In this document: positions 40,897-50,813 of the stretch, piece after piece
Layout of the letters: the number at the start of each line of letters is the position of its first letter
Numbering within the stretch: the first letter of the stretch is position 1
Origin: an uncultured virus (IMG/VR IMGVR_UViG_2902076858_000006)
Lineage: Duplodnaviria; Heunggongvirae; Uroviricota; Caudoviricetes
Strand: one strand, 5' to 3'
Length of the DNA stretch: 64,000 nt
Virus record (IMG/VR): IMGVR_UViG_2902076858_000006
Made by a program: the position numbers and the translations under genes
The notes under the pieces: generated by a model
Told to the model about the DNA's origin: nothing
The model's input: the letters and a program-made list of their open reading frames with translations, nothing else
The model's database searches: none

Positions 40897-41136
40897 ATGA
40901 TTTATTATTTAGAAATTAGAGATCCTTATGATAAGGATTGTAACCTTGAACATCTAAAGAGTAGTGAGCCTTTTATGTCATTTAATCTTGGTGACACTAT
41001 AAATGGGCAATCAATTCCTGTAGAGGGTGATATGGCGTATCCTCATAACCTTGTTATTACAGATATTGAACACTTTATTTTTACTATTAAAGATATTATC
41101 CATCATAAAGTGATGCTGTATACGAAAGTAAAATAA
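40897..41136 (+). CDS. Small hypothetical moron protein
   Basis: AAGGA SD; convergent hairpin at ~41177-41194. Confidence 0.6.
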   Translation: MIYYLEIRDPYDKDCNLEHLKSSEPFMSFNLGDTINGQSIPVEGDMAYPHNLVITDIEHFIFTIKDIIHHKVMLYTKVK

Positions 41137-41198
41137 CTCTTTAGTTTAATGTAAAATAACTTTGTTATTTTATCTTGCGCTCCTATTGGGGCGCTTTC

Positions 41199-41660
41199 TT
41201 AGTTCATACACTCTGTATTTACATATTCCTGTAACCCCTTAATCATTCTTTCCGACTCTGCAATTCGTTCTCTAAGTAACCAATAATTTCGGAGAGCGGT
41301 GTCAGTAGGTCTGGTGGGGATTGCATCATCCATGCTGGAGGCGGAATTTGTAGTGATACGGGAGGAGCACTCGGCTCTGATATACACCCGCTTAGGGTTA
41401 TGCTCAGCCAGAATGCGCAACCTATCAATTTCCTTTTTCGCATTAACTAATTCCTTAGTGTGTTTAATATCTAGCTGATTTAATAGAGTTACCCGTTTTT
41501 GATAATTGTAATTTATATTCACTAGCTCTTTTAAACGACTGGCTAGCTCCTTATTAGCATCATTTAATCTATTCATTTTTTTTGATTGCTCATTTACCAC
41601 CATATAACCACCCGCAATAATAACTATCGCCATAATCGCGATATAAAACTTCCAATTCAT
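41199..41660 (-). CDS. Rz: Rz i-spanin
   Basis: N-terminal TM, coiled coil, LQEYV..EC end. Confidence 0.9.
   Translation of the reverse strand: MNWKFYIAIMAIVIIAGGYMVVNEQSKKMNRLNDANKELASRLKELVNINYNYQKRVTLLNQLDIKHTKELVNAKKEIDRLRILAEHNPKRVYIRAECSSRITTNSASSMDDAIPTRPTDTALRNYWLLRERIAESERMIKGLQEYVNTECMN
41243..41443 (-). CDS. Rz1: Rz1 o-spanin
   Basis: LSGC lipobox, PPPAWMM, nested in Rz. Confidence 0.85.
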   Translation of the reverse strand: MRKRKLIGCAFWLSITLSGCISEPSAPPVSLQIPPPAWMMQSPPDLLTPLSEIIGYLENELQSRKE

Positions 41661-41666
41661 TATTGA

Positions 41667-41825
41667 TTAATACCTATGATGAGAAATAGCGCGTTGACAG
41701 CGTTTAGCTAAACTCGCTTTATCATTAGAACAAGAAGGATCAATGGAAAGATAAAAGCTGAAGATAACAATAAGAAAAAGAGTAATAATAAAGCACAAGA
41801 CAATAATTAAAGATTTCCATGACAT
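41667..41825 (-). CDS. 52-aa membrane protein between endolysin and Rz
   Basis: MSWKSLIIV...IDPSCSNDKASLAKRCQRAISHHRY; homologue at 465-593. Confidence 0.7.
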   Translation of the reverse strand: MSWKSLIIVLCFIITLFLIVIFSFYLSIDPSCSNDKASLAKRCQRAISHHRY

Positions 41826-42277
41826 AAAGTATATTCCATTTCACGACGATTAATTAAGCCTTTCCATACTTTTCCACCAGCATAAATCCAGTGTTTCATT
41901 TCTTCACAGGCACCATGTTGATCGCCTGCATTTAATTTCTTGAGCAAAGTAGAACGTGCAAATGCTGTTATTCCAACATTATAAGCAAAAGAATATAAAG
42001 AAGCTTTAGTGTGATTATCAAGAGATACCTTGATTAAAGCATCGACTTGTCGTTGTATTTTAATAAAATCTTTTTGTAATAAAGCATCACACTCTTGCTG
42101 TGTGTATATTCTATTTTGAATAATGTCATTGCCAGTATGGCCATAGCAAACCGTCAAAACCCCCGTGACATCATAATAGGATTTGTATTTTATTCCTTCA
42201 AAATAACTAATAATACTTAAGGCTATAGTAATGGCACTCCTGCTACTTAATACAACTGATTTTCGTTTTAATTGCAC
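41807..42277 (-). CDS. Phage lysozyme (GH24, SAR-type)
   Basis: FEG..Y.D..GVLTVCYGHT, FAYNVG, STLLKKLN. Confidence 0.92.
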   Translation of the reverse strand: MQLKRKSVVLSSRSAITIALSIISYFEGIKYKSYYDVTGVLTVCYGHTGNDIIQNRIYTQQECDALLQKDFIKIQRQVDALIKVSLDNHTKASLYSFAYNVGITAFARSTLLKKLNAGDQHGACEEMKHWIYAGGKVWKGLINRREMEYTLCHGNL

Positions 42278-42396
42278 TTAAAATCCTTTTTATTAAAAAG
42301 TATCACTTCATAAATATAATTAAATCTTATAATTCAACTTTATATTTAATTATGTTATTATTGAATATAAAGATATAATTTAGAGATAAAAACATA

Positions 42397-42762
42397 ATGA
42401 AAAAATTCGATATAGATAAAATAATGAGCAACTTATCAGACAAAGATATAAAAAAAATAAATCAAACTTATAACAACCAAACCAATAAAGAAGAAAGTTT
42501 TAAAAAATGGTTTTTTGACACATTTATCTTTGATCGTATCTTATTTGAAGGATTATTTATTTCACTTACTATAGTTTTTATTTGCATAATTACATCAGGA
42601 TCCACACCTCATCTATTCTATTCATTCTTAGTTTTAGTTTTTATTTACTTCACCATGAGTTTAGTAATTACTATCTATGATTGTATTAAGAATAAAATAT
42701 CACTAATTTTATTCTTTAGAGTAAAGAAAATTGCAGTAACGACCTATATAATGAAAAAATGA
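42397..42762 (+). CDS. Two-TM protein, candidate immunity for the adjacent effector
   Basis: Two hydrophobic helices; convergent with 42792-43760. Confidence 0.55.
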   Translation: MKKFDIDKIMSNLSDKDIKKINQTYNNQTNKEESFKKWFFDTFIFDRILFEGLFISLTIVFICIITSGSTPHLFYSFLVLVFIYFTMSLVITIYDCIKNKISLILFFRVKKIAVTTYIMKK

Positions 42763-42791
42763 TCTATTTTTAATTAGAGCATTAATCTAAT

Positions 42792-43760
42792 TTATTGAAT
42801 ATTTTCAATAGCTGATTCTTCGTTATTATATTTTTTCAATATTAGGATAAGTTTTCCCATATTATAGCCTAAAGTAGTGAGTAATATAGGATTGCTATGA
42901 ACACTAAATTTTCGCTTAAAATCTAATGAACTCCAACGAAATAAGCGAGTACCTTTGCTGGTAAACAACCGATCAAAATGTGTTGCTCTATAAGTTCTCC
43001 CGCCCATCGTGACAGGTAAATGAATAATACGATTAGGTGAATCATATTTAGCAAAAGCAGCGAATCCATTATATACGCTAACAGTCATATCAATAACATC
43101 ATAACCTATCTCACCATGACTCTCATTCAAGCCTAAAAATTCAAATCCTTTCTGAATTCTCTCTTTAACGGGATCTCCACCAAAATTAATATCGCCATCA
43201 GTAAATTCATACACTATATCTGATACACCGTCAAAAACCTTGCCTCCACCGAGAGATAAACCAATAATCCCAGCACCTTGCATTTCTTTATTTTTAATTT
43301 TACGGCCTGTTTTAAAACTTAAATATCCAAAAGCACTTTGTATTCCTCCTCCTATAATAGTTTGACTACCTTTAAGATAAAAATACCATCCCGTTCCAGA
43401 AAAAGTTTTAGTTAGTTCATAAACCTCTTTGCTCCGTTTTCTTAATTGAGAATAAGCAGACATTTCAGTTTCATACTCAGTTTCTATTTCATCGAGATAC
43501 TGCATTATTTCTGGCAGATAACCCACACCAAATGCCTCTTTTGCTTTTTCTCTAAAGCTGTTAGCACGATTATGTCTTTCTCTATGCTGATATATAGCAC
43601 GACAAAAATCAGCTCGTATTAACCTTACAACTTCTGCTATTTCACTCCTATATCCTTGTTTACAGTAATCATCTGTAAGTAGGTATCTTGCGGATACTTC
43701 GGATAATCTTTTAATATCATTAGCATATCTTTCAAATTTTTCTTCAAAACTAAAAAACAT
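42792..43760 (-). CDS. Hcp-linked putative effector (DUF4225-like)
   Basis: Start overlaps hcp stop; Gly-rich amphipathic hairpin region. Confidence 0.6.
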   Translation of the reverse strand: MFFSFEEKFERYANDIKRLSEVSARYLLTDDYCKQGYRSEIAEVVRLIRADFCRAIYQHRERHNRANSFREKAKEAFGVGYLPEIMQYLDEIETEYETEMSAYSQLRKRSKEVYELTKTFSGTGWYFYLKGSQTIIGGGIQSAFGYLSFKTGRKIKNKEMQGAGIIGLSLGGGKVFDGVSDIVYEFTDGDINFGGDPVKERIQKGFEFLGLNESHGEIGYDVIDMTVSVYNGFAAFAKYDSPNRIIHLPVTMGGRTYRATHFDRLFTSKGTRLFRWSSLDFKRKFSVHSNPILLTTLGYNMGKLILILKKYNNEESAIENIQ

Positions 43761-44254
43761 TAAAATACCCTTTCATCCCAAATACTATAAGAACTTGTTC
43801 CTGCGGTTACATGTTCCCATGTTATTGACTTAAACCGTATTGATAATGACTCTTCGGGTTGAACTTCATTATGTGTTATAGAATTAGGATAGAAACAACT
43901 AATATTTACTATTGAAGCATCCGTTAATTTTATTTTGTAATATAACTCCAATCCACTATTACCGGATGTTCTATAAAAGAAAAATTCACATGTTAATAAC
44001 TCATTAGAGACCAATGATTGAGATAATAATGGGGATGCCTTATCAATTGTCTTACGTATATCTATTGGTTGAAAACTTACATTTTGATGCATTGAAAGAT
44101 TTGATGAAAATTCATAAACTAAAATTTCATCTTCATGACCAGATTGATATTTATTACCAATGGAATCAAATGTAGAACACCCTTTTGAAATTAAACCCTG
44201 ATTATTTCCATTTAATTTTAAATAAATAATATTTGCCAATTTATATATCTCCAT
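43760..44254 (-). CDS. hcp: Hcp/TssD family T6SS tube protein
   Basis: IYL.L.G..QGLIS.GCS..SIGNKYQ.GHEDEI, DKASPLL, ITWEHVTAGTS. Confidence 0.9.
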   Translation of the reverse strand: MEIYKLANIIYLKLNGNNQGLISKGCSTFDSIGNKYQSGHEDEILVYEFSSNLSMHQNVSFQPIDIRKTIDKASPLLSQSLVSNELLTCEFFFYRTSGNSGLELYYKIKLTDASIVNISCFYPNSITHNEVQPEESLSIRFKSITWEHVTAGTSSYSIWDERVF

Positions 44255-44458
44255 TTATAGAAAATGATAATCCATCATTTAATAGACATCTAATAAAGAA
44301 AATCTAAAGCCCATTTAATTAAGAATTATTTAACAATAAAATATTACTTACTATATAAATAACTGGATAATATTCAATTGTTTTATTGCGTTATTAAAAT
44401 TAAAAACATTTAAATTATACTTAGGGAAAATAACTCTTATTAAGAAGTTATTTATATT

Positions 44459-45484
44459 TTATATATTTTTTAAATAATTATTTATCTCCTCTTTCGTCAT
44501 ATCAAATCTCTCCTTCTCTAACTCCACGCCCAGCACTTTTCTATTCAACTTTAATCCCGCTTTTATCGTTGCCCCTGATCCCATAAAGAAATCAGCCACT
44601 AAATCACCTTCACGACTGCTAGAGCGAATAATATGTTCCATCATATCTGATGGTTTCTCGCAAGGGTGCTTGCCGGGGTAATATTGCACGGGAGGATATG
44701 TCCATACGTCAGTGTAAGGTACATCAGCCGTAACAAAAAAAGGACGCTTCAATAATCCGTATTCTTCAACCAATGCTTGATAACGTATCTGAGAAACTTT
44801 ATGTTCTGACAACAAATCATCATAGGTGCACGATAACGGAGATAACTGATCAATACGCGTAGCTCGTTGTGAAAATAATATTTGTAACTTTTGATAGTCA
44901 TCCCTTAATGGTAATTGCCACTGACTGCGACCAAACCAGTGATTTGCCATTTTCTTTCCTGTTACTTTATTTATTTGTTTAACGCTAACCTGTAATGCTG
45001 ATCGTGCATCGATAAAATAATCCATAAGAGGTTTAAATACTTGTTGTTTGAGTTCACGACACTTTATAACAAACTCAGCCCCTTTCGCTTGTACAGGCCT
45101 TTGATAATGCTCTGCAAACAGTATTCGCTCTGTCGAAGGAAAAAATGCACGTAGGCTTTCTTTATTCTGGCGTCGCCAAGGGCCTGAAGGTTTAGCCCAA
45201 ATAATATGGCTTAGCATACTAAATCGCCCTTTTACTAATAATTCAGTATCAGAGGCAAGCTTAGAACCACAAAATAAATACAAGCTTCCATTCGGTTTCA
45301 ATACTCGCCAAAACTCAGTTAATACGTCATCTAGCCATGCTAAATATTCAGCTTCATTTACCCACTGATTATCCCATGCACAAGATTTAACCCGAAAATA
45401 AGGGGGATCAGTCACTATCAAATCAATACAATTCTCTGGTAACGCTTTCAGCACAACCAATGCGTCATTATTATATAATTGCAT
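44459..45484 (-). CDS. Phage N6/N4 DNA methyltransferase (beta class)
   Basis: TDPPY, HPCEKP, DFFMGSG. Confidence 0.92.
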   Translation of the reverse strand: MQLYNNDALVVLKALPENCIDLIVTDPPYFRVKSCAWDNQWVNEAEYLAWLDDVLTEFWRVLKPNGSLYLFCGSKLASDTELLVKGRFSMLSHIIWAKPSGPWRRQNKESLRAFFPSTERILFAEHYQRPVQAKGAEFVIKCRELKQQVFKPLMDYFIDARSALQVSVKQINKVTGKKMANHWFGRSQWQLPLRDDYQKLQILFSQRATRIDQLSPLSCTYDDLLSEHKVSQIRYQALVEEYGLLKRPFFVTADVPYTDVWTYPPVQYYPGKHPCEKPSDMMEHIIRSSSREGDLVADFFMGSGATIKAGLKLNRKVLGVELEKERFDMTKEEINNYLKNI

Positions 45485-45580
45485 CTACATCCTTTATTGA
45501 GGCAAAAAAAAGCCAGAAATTATCAAACTTCTGACTTGTATTTATATTTAACATGAAAGAGTGCAAAAACAGGTGATAAT

Positions 45581-46009
45581 TTATAGCTCTTTTATTGGAT
45601 ATGTTTTTTCTGTTTTAGAACCATCACTATAAATTTCAGAAATCGTGATATCTCCATTATTTACAGAATATTTCACAATACTATCTAAAGGATCGTCTCT
45701 CCATCGCCCCGAACTATCAGCATTGTTTGATGCCCAAATGACCTTTTCACCGTTTAGTTTACATTTAATAGCCCAGCGACTGTTATCGACTGAACGAATG
45801 TAATGAACATAAGCAATGCCGTTTTCAATAGTATCTAATTGCATAATCTTATGATCTCGACCAAACATGGTTGCCGCAGACGCTTTACAGACTTGCCCTA
45901 CATCGACATTTTGTGCAAACACAGAAGAACTAAACAGTAGTGATAATAGTAATATTTTTTTCACAAGCCCAATCTCCAATTTAAGATAAGTAATTATGCA
46001 TATCGTCAA
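45581..46009 (-). CDS. Secreted hypothetical protein
   Basis: KKILLLSLLFSSSVFA signal peptide (true start probably ~45964), two Cys. Confidence 0.65.
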   Translation of the reverse strand: MTICIITYLKLEIGLVKKILLLSLLFSSSVFAQNVDVGQVCKASAATMFGRDHKIMQLDTIENGIAYVHYIRSVDNSRWAIKCKLNGEKVIWASNNADSSGRWRDDPLDSIVKYSVNNGDITISEIYSDGSKTEKTYPIKEL

Positions 46010-46149
46010 TTAATCGAAAAACTTTATCTTAAATTTTAATTTATAAAATAATCATTCAATCTTATCTTTATCTACGGCTCATCAAATATAAATTCATCTT
46101 TTATGCAAGAAAAATTAAAAATGATATTTTTTATTATAATATGAAACAT

Positions 46150-46356
46150 TTATTCAATCCTCTTATTTGTTCGTTTATAAAAATTATCTTGTTTTAAAAT
46201 TAATCCTGCCATTTTCAATTGAGTTAATAAAAATTCGCAACTTTCATAACTGAGTTTGGATTCACTTACGATTTCTATTATATTCTTACCTGTGCTTTGT
46301 GATATCATTTCTAATATATCACATGCCTGAATAGTCATATCAGTCTGTTTTATCAT
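46150..46356 (-). CDS. Small winged-helix-like phage protein
   Basis: HTH-like pattern, FLLTQL..AGL. Confidence 0.55.
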   Translation of the reverse strand: MIKQTDMTIQACDILEMISQSTGKNIIEIVSESKLSYESCEFLLTQLKMAGLILKQDNFYKRTNKRIE

Positions 46357-46660
46357 GATATTTCACACCTTTACTTTAGAAAATAATATATCTAAAGGTG
46401 TAACTCTTCATCCTATAAACAGCAAGTTCTTTTATCAGATTATTTTTAAACAAATAACTCTATTGATAATTGTAAAAACAAAAATATTAATTTATATATT
46501 TAATTTATTTTTATAAATAGAAATACTAATCTGCTACATTTAAAAATAGGAGTTACTTCAATTGAAAAAACTTAATAATTATTTAAAATAAAAAATGTTA
46601 ACCGATGTATTAACAAATTATTTATAAACTATCGTTTTATTAAAACCATATGGATATATT

Positions 46661-46932
46661 ATGATTAATAAAAATTGGCATGCAGCAGATATTATTGCAT
46701 CATTAAAGAAAAAAGGACAACATTAGCAGAGATTTCCAGAGGTGCAGGTTTAAGCTCCTCTACTCTAGCTAATGCGTTGTCCCGTCCATGGCCTAAAGGC
46801 GAACAAATTATAGCTCAAAAACTTGATTTACCACCTTCAGCAATATGGCCCGAAAGATATTTTGATGAAAACGGAAATCAAATCATACGTAAAACAAGAG
46901 AACAAAAGTTTAATGATAGAAATAAAGAATAA
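46661..46932 (+). pseudogene. Ner/Nlp-family DNA-binding protein, frameshifted near 46716
   Basis: MINKNWHAADIIASLKKKG in one frame, TTLAEISRGAGLSSSTLANALSRPWPKGE in the next. Confidence 0.8.
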
Positions 46933-46940
46933 ATTCATCA

Positions 46941-47195
46941 TTAGCAATATTTATTATAATATATTTTAATGATATCTTCTGCCAGATCATCATTAACAGT
47001 ATAAAAATAACATTCAGGCAAATTAAGTACTTTGGCTAGCTTACATACCATATCAAAGCTTGGTTTATGTAACCCAGACTCATATTGCGAAATTCTAGAA
47101 CGAGAACTAGCTATTTCCATTCCAACTAAAGCACCTAATCTTGCCTGAGTCAACTTTGCCCTTTTACGGGCATATCTCAATCTAATAGGAACCAT
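46941..47195 (-). CDS. XRE-family HTH regulator
   Basis: RLRYAR..LTQARLG..ISQYESG.H.P. Confidence 0.85.
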   Translation of the reverse strand: MVPIRLRYARKRAKLTQARLGALVGMEIASSRSRISQYESGLHKPSFDMVCKLAKVLNLPECYFYTVNDDLAEDIIKIYYNKYC

Positions 47196-47371
47196 AATTA
47201 AAAACTAATCAGTATATTAAATTTATAATGTTTTTGTAATTTTTATGTTTATTATCCTCCTTATAATAAAAACTTGGTAAACTCTATAAATGTGGCATTG
47301 TTATTGTAGTAATATATTTATTTTATATAATAAAGTAAAAAAACGTGTATAGCACTTTTTTAAAACAAACA

Positions 47372-47632
47372 TCATAGTATATTATATTTTTCATTATAAA
47401 TAAGAATTAGCTCTTCTGCGAATTCATCATTTAATGTGTAAAAATAATTTTCTGGTACTTTTAATATTTTGGAAAACCGACAAATAGTTTCAAAATTAGG
47501 ACGATGTGTGCCAGATTCATATTGACAAACTCTTATCTTAGCAGACTCTTGATCTATCCTAGCTAAAATACCCAACTCTTCCTGAGTTAATTCAGCTCTT
47601 GCCCTCGCCGTTTTTAGTCTTTTAGGGATCAT
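47372..47632 (-). CDS. XRE-family HTH regulator (paralogue)
   Basis: RLKTAR..LTQEELG..VCQYESG.H.P. Confidence 0.85.
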   Translation of the reverse strand: MIPKRLKTARARAELTQEELGILARIDQESAKIRVCQYESGTHRPNFETICRFSKILKVPENYFYTLNDEFAEELILIYNEKYNIL

Positions 47633-47858
47633 AATAACTCTAACGCTTTAAATGAAGATGTAAATTTATATCATAAGAGTTCAAATATTAAAAATTAAGC
47701 ATTACTTAACAAATTTAGGCTACATAAATATTAATTTAAATAGTATTTGATGTTTCATTATTTAATATTAATATTTTTAATTAAATATAATCTAAGTAAA
47801 TATCTTTATTTTTATTAGATTAACAGCTAATTTGCGTAGCGCGGTAATACTTTTTTAT

Positions 47859-48254
47859 TTAATTTGTTTTCTTATAGTTATGGACCTCATGATCCATCTC
47901 TAAGTGTGTTTCTAACATGGCCAATCCTCCTTCAACAAAACCTTCCGCCACTTGTATTAGCTGACGTACTCGACTTTCACTCATTTTCCAACGCCTTGCG
48001 ATACTTCTTTTAGGGTGCTGATAGATATAATGTAAGATAAGTGCGTTCACTTCTTCTTCTTTTCTCATTTGTTTTAAGCGCGCTATGGTGGAATCAATAA
48101 TCAATCCATCATCATCACAACAACTTATACGTGATGAGGATTGATAAGGTAGTCTTCCTTTAAAACCAGCTGCAATGTGAGAATAATCCACACCACTTTG
48201 CACATCAGATGCCCAAGCTCCCCATCGTTCTAATACTTGCTGTATATCTCTCAT
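47859..48254 (-). CDS. Q: Late antiterminator Q
   Basis: MRDIQQVLERWGAWA..IAAGFKG..CCDDDG..AEGFVEG. Confidence 0.92.
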   Translation of the reverse strand: MRDIQQVLERWGAWASDVQSGVDYSHIAAGFKGRLPYQSSSRISCCDDDGLIIDSTIARLKQMRKEEEVNALILHYIYQHPKRSIARRWKMSESRVRQLIQVAEGFVEGGLAMLETHLEMDHEVHNYKKTN

Positions 48255-48267
48255 TTCGCAAAGACCT

Positions 48268-49338
48268 TTACGCAATACTATCTTGATATGTTGAACGAGC
48301 AATTAACTGTGCTGATTGATACCAAATTTCTTTCCAAAGCGTTTTTGCATTATGAATATGCATTCGCCCTAAACCACGTTGTAAGGCACATTTTTTAGCT
48401 AGAATTTGAAGAGCTGTCTTGGGTTTCCATCCTGAGCTAAATAACAAACTAAATGTGTTATCTCTTTCAACACAATCGATTTCAATGGGGATATCGCCAT
48501 CCTTTAAGCACCGTCCATTTTGGTAAGCGGGGCGGCCCTTTAATTGCCATTTTTTCGCTTTATCAAGATACTCTGCACAATTGTTTTTATGGAACAGGGT
48601 TTTAGGTCTTAAATAATCCTGCATTTTATTATCGTTGAGCCATTTTGCTGTTAGATAATCAGTAATTAAAATTAATTCATCAACTTGAAAACCATCAGCC
48701 AGCCTAGCTCGAATATAACCCAATGTGGTTTGACATTCTCGATAATGAGAGTGGGTTGTTTTATTAAAATAGCGAATAACTTCTATTTCAGGCCGTTCAC
48801 GATTTAACAATGAGCAATCTGAACAAGATCTTTTAAGGTTACTCTTTGTAGTAATCTTTGTTGTACTCTCTGTAAGATGAGCCCTATTTGAACCACTCTG
48901 TGCCTGGCTTTTGCATCCCTTCCATTGTTCCTGTTTGCTCTCATCGAATGTACTAATTTTGGTTTTACTCTTTTCACCCTCTCCAGCCACATTTTTACCT
49001 TCATCTTCTGCTTTTAAGATCTTATGTTGATAATTAATGCTATAGAAATTAGTGCGATCATGAAGATGTTTATTAAGCTGTTTTACTTCTATCAACCCTG
49101 CAGTTCTAAGATGAGTAAATACGCGTTTTAACGTTGAAAGCGATAAGTAGGGAAACTGTAAATGCCAATTAGATAATGTATTGTAGATCCACCGTCGCCC
49201 TTCATATTCAATACCTGATGTGGTTTCGGTGATCCAGTAATGTAATTGTTGTAAAACAACCGCCTCATATAATCCAATTTGAACAGCTAATTCGGGTATC
49301 ACCATCTGAGGGTGTGTTTTTTCCATTAATAACTTCAT
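48268..49338 (-). CDS. Phage replication initiator-like protein with conserved phage C-terminal domain
   Basis: IGL.EA.VLQQLHYW, WIYNT, YLRPKTLF. Confidence 0.85.
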   Translation of the reverse strand: MKLLMEKTHPQMVIPELAVQIGLYEAVVLQQLHYWITETTSGIEYEGRRWIYNTLSNWHLQFPYLSLSTLKRVFTHLRTAGLIEVKQLNKHLHDRTNFYSINYQHKILKAEDEGKNVAGEGEKSKTKISTFDESKQEQWKGCKSQAQSGSNRAHLTESTTKITTKSNLKRSCSDCSLLNRERPEIEVIRYFNKTTHSHYRECQTTLGYIRARLADGFQVDELILITDYLTAKWLNDNKMQDYLRPKTLFHKNNCAEYLDKAKKWQLKGRPAYQNGRCLKDGDIPIEIDCVERDNTFSLLFSSGWKPKTALQILAKKCALQRGLGRMHIHNAKTLWKEIWYQSAQLIARSTYQDSIA

Positions 49339-49654
49339 ATAAATTCCTTTTTCACTCTTTTTAAACTAAGTAGGCATTAAATTAAAAATAATTTAATAGA
49401 AGAAATAACAAAAGATGGTAATCCGAACTTTGTTTTGTAAAATATTCCGTTACGTTAATTTTAACTCATTCATTTAAAAAAATAGAAAACAAATTATTAG
49501 CTTTGAAACCATCATTAAGCTAATTAATAGAATTAATTTAAATTATAGCCACATATATTAAATTAATCCGTTATCTATTTATGCCATTAAAATTAACAAA
49601 TCGAGAATGGACACGCAAATCATTTTTACTTAAATAAAAGGAAATGGGAATTAC

Positions 49655-50314
49655 ATGAGAAACAAAATGCATACCCGAATTAGAGAGCGTCGATTACAAT
49701 TAGCCTTAACGCAAGAATCATTAGCAAAGATGTTAAGTGTCAGCCGAGTTTCTATTACAAAATGGGAAACTCAAGTCACAGAGCCCGACGGTGAAAACTT
49801 ACAAATGCTGGCTAAAGTGCTTGAAGTTTCACCCGAATGGTTACTTTATGGTGGAACATCATCCGATGCTGATGCGTTAATAATCACACGTAAGACAATG
49901 AATATTCGTCAAATTCCCGTTATCACCCTAGAGCAAACCCTTGATTGGAAAACACGTTATGAGACATTAAGATTGAGTGATATTCAAACTTGGTGTTATG
50001 CGACAGTACCTGTTTCTGAACAAGCTTATGGGCTTGTGTATCAAGGTGAATCAATGACTAACCCTTACTCACTCCCCTCTATACCAAAAGGTTCAACCAT
50101 TATTATCGAGCCAGAATTTAAAAATAATATTGAATTATATGGAAAGATAATCATCGCGAAAAATAACATCACCCATGATGTGGTAATTAAGAAATTAATA
50201 TCAGAACCACCTCATCTTTATTTGGTTTCATTAAACTCCGCCTTTACACCTATATTATTAACTCATGATTATCAAATTATTGGTTATGTGATACAAATTA
50301 TTCAAACACTTTAA
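49655..50314 (+). CDS. cI: CI-like repressor (HTH + S24 peptidase)
   Basis: N-terminal XRE HTH; GESM and KKL catalytic motifs. Confidence 0.9.
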   Translation: MRNKMHTRIRERRLQLALTQESLAKMLSVSRVSITKWETQVTEPDGENLQMLAKVLEVSPEWLLYGGTSSDADALIITRKTMNIRQIPVITLEQTLDWKTRYETLRLSDIQTWCYATVPVSEQAYGLVYQGESMTNPYSLPSIPKGSTIIIEPEFKNNIELYGKIIIAKNNITHDVVIKKLISEPPHLYLVSLNSAFTPILLTHDYQIIGYVIQIIQTL

Positions 50315-50570
50315 CTTATTTCGTTTAATTTATTGAGCTGGATCACTTCAGCTCAATATGTACTTCCCCTCACAGTGTTATTGCCTATAAAGAAACATAG
50401 AGTACAATTAATCGCAAGCAACAAACACTCACTCATTTAAACCATAAGGAAATAAAAGATGAAAAATATAATTACGTATTAATTAGCCATCAAATAAATA
50501 CAGCATTCATTTATTTGAAATAAGGGAGTAATCATTATTAATTCATTTTTAATAATACAAGGAAAGAATA

Positions 50571-50813
50571 ATGCAAGTATTAACATTAAAAGAATGGGCT
50601 GAGAAACGATACAAAAGTCGTCCGCCGTCTCTCACCACGTTAAGTCGCTATGCACGACTAGGTTTTTTCTGTCCACCTGCAAGGAAAGAAGGTGGTATGT
50701 GGCGAGTAAGAGAAGATGCTGATTTAGTCGGCATGTTAGCTACCCCTTCAATCAATACCTTTGATGATCCAATATTAAGGAAGATACTAAAAGATGACCG
50801 GACGACCTCGTGA
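50571..50813 (+). CDS. xis: Excisionase
   Basis: LTLKEWA..PS..TL..PPARKEG..WRVREDA; overlaps int. Confidence 0.88.
   Translation: MQVLTLKEWAEKRYKSRPPSLTTLSRYARLGFFCPPARKEGGMWRVREDADLVGMLATPSINTFDDPILRKILKDDRTTS

Noticed and set aside
44459..45484. Restriction-modification system
   Set aside because: No cognate endonuclease; orphan methyltransferases are usual at this lambdoid position
46941..47632. Calling the XRE genes mrpJ paralogues
   Set aside because: They lack the SQQQFSRYE-type signature and there is no fimbrial operon nearby
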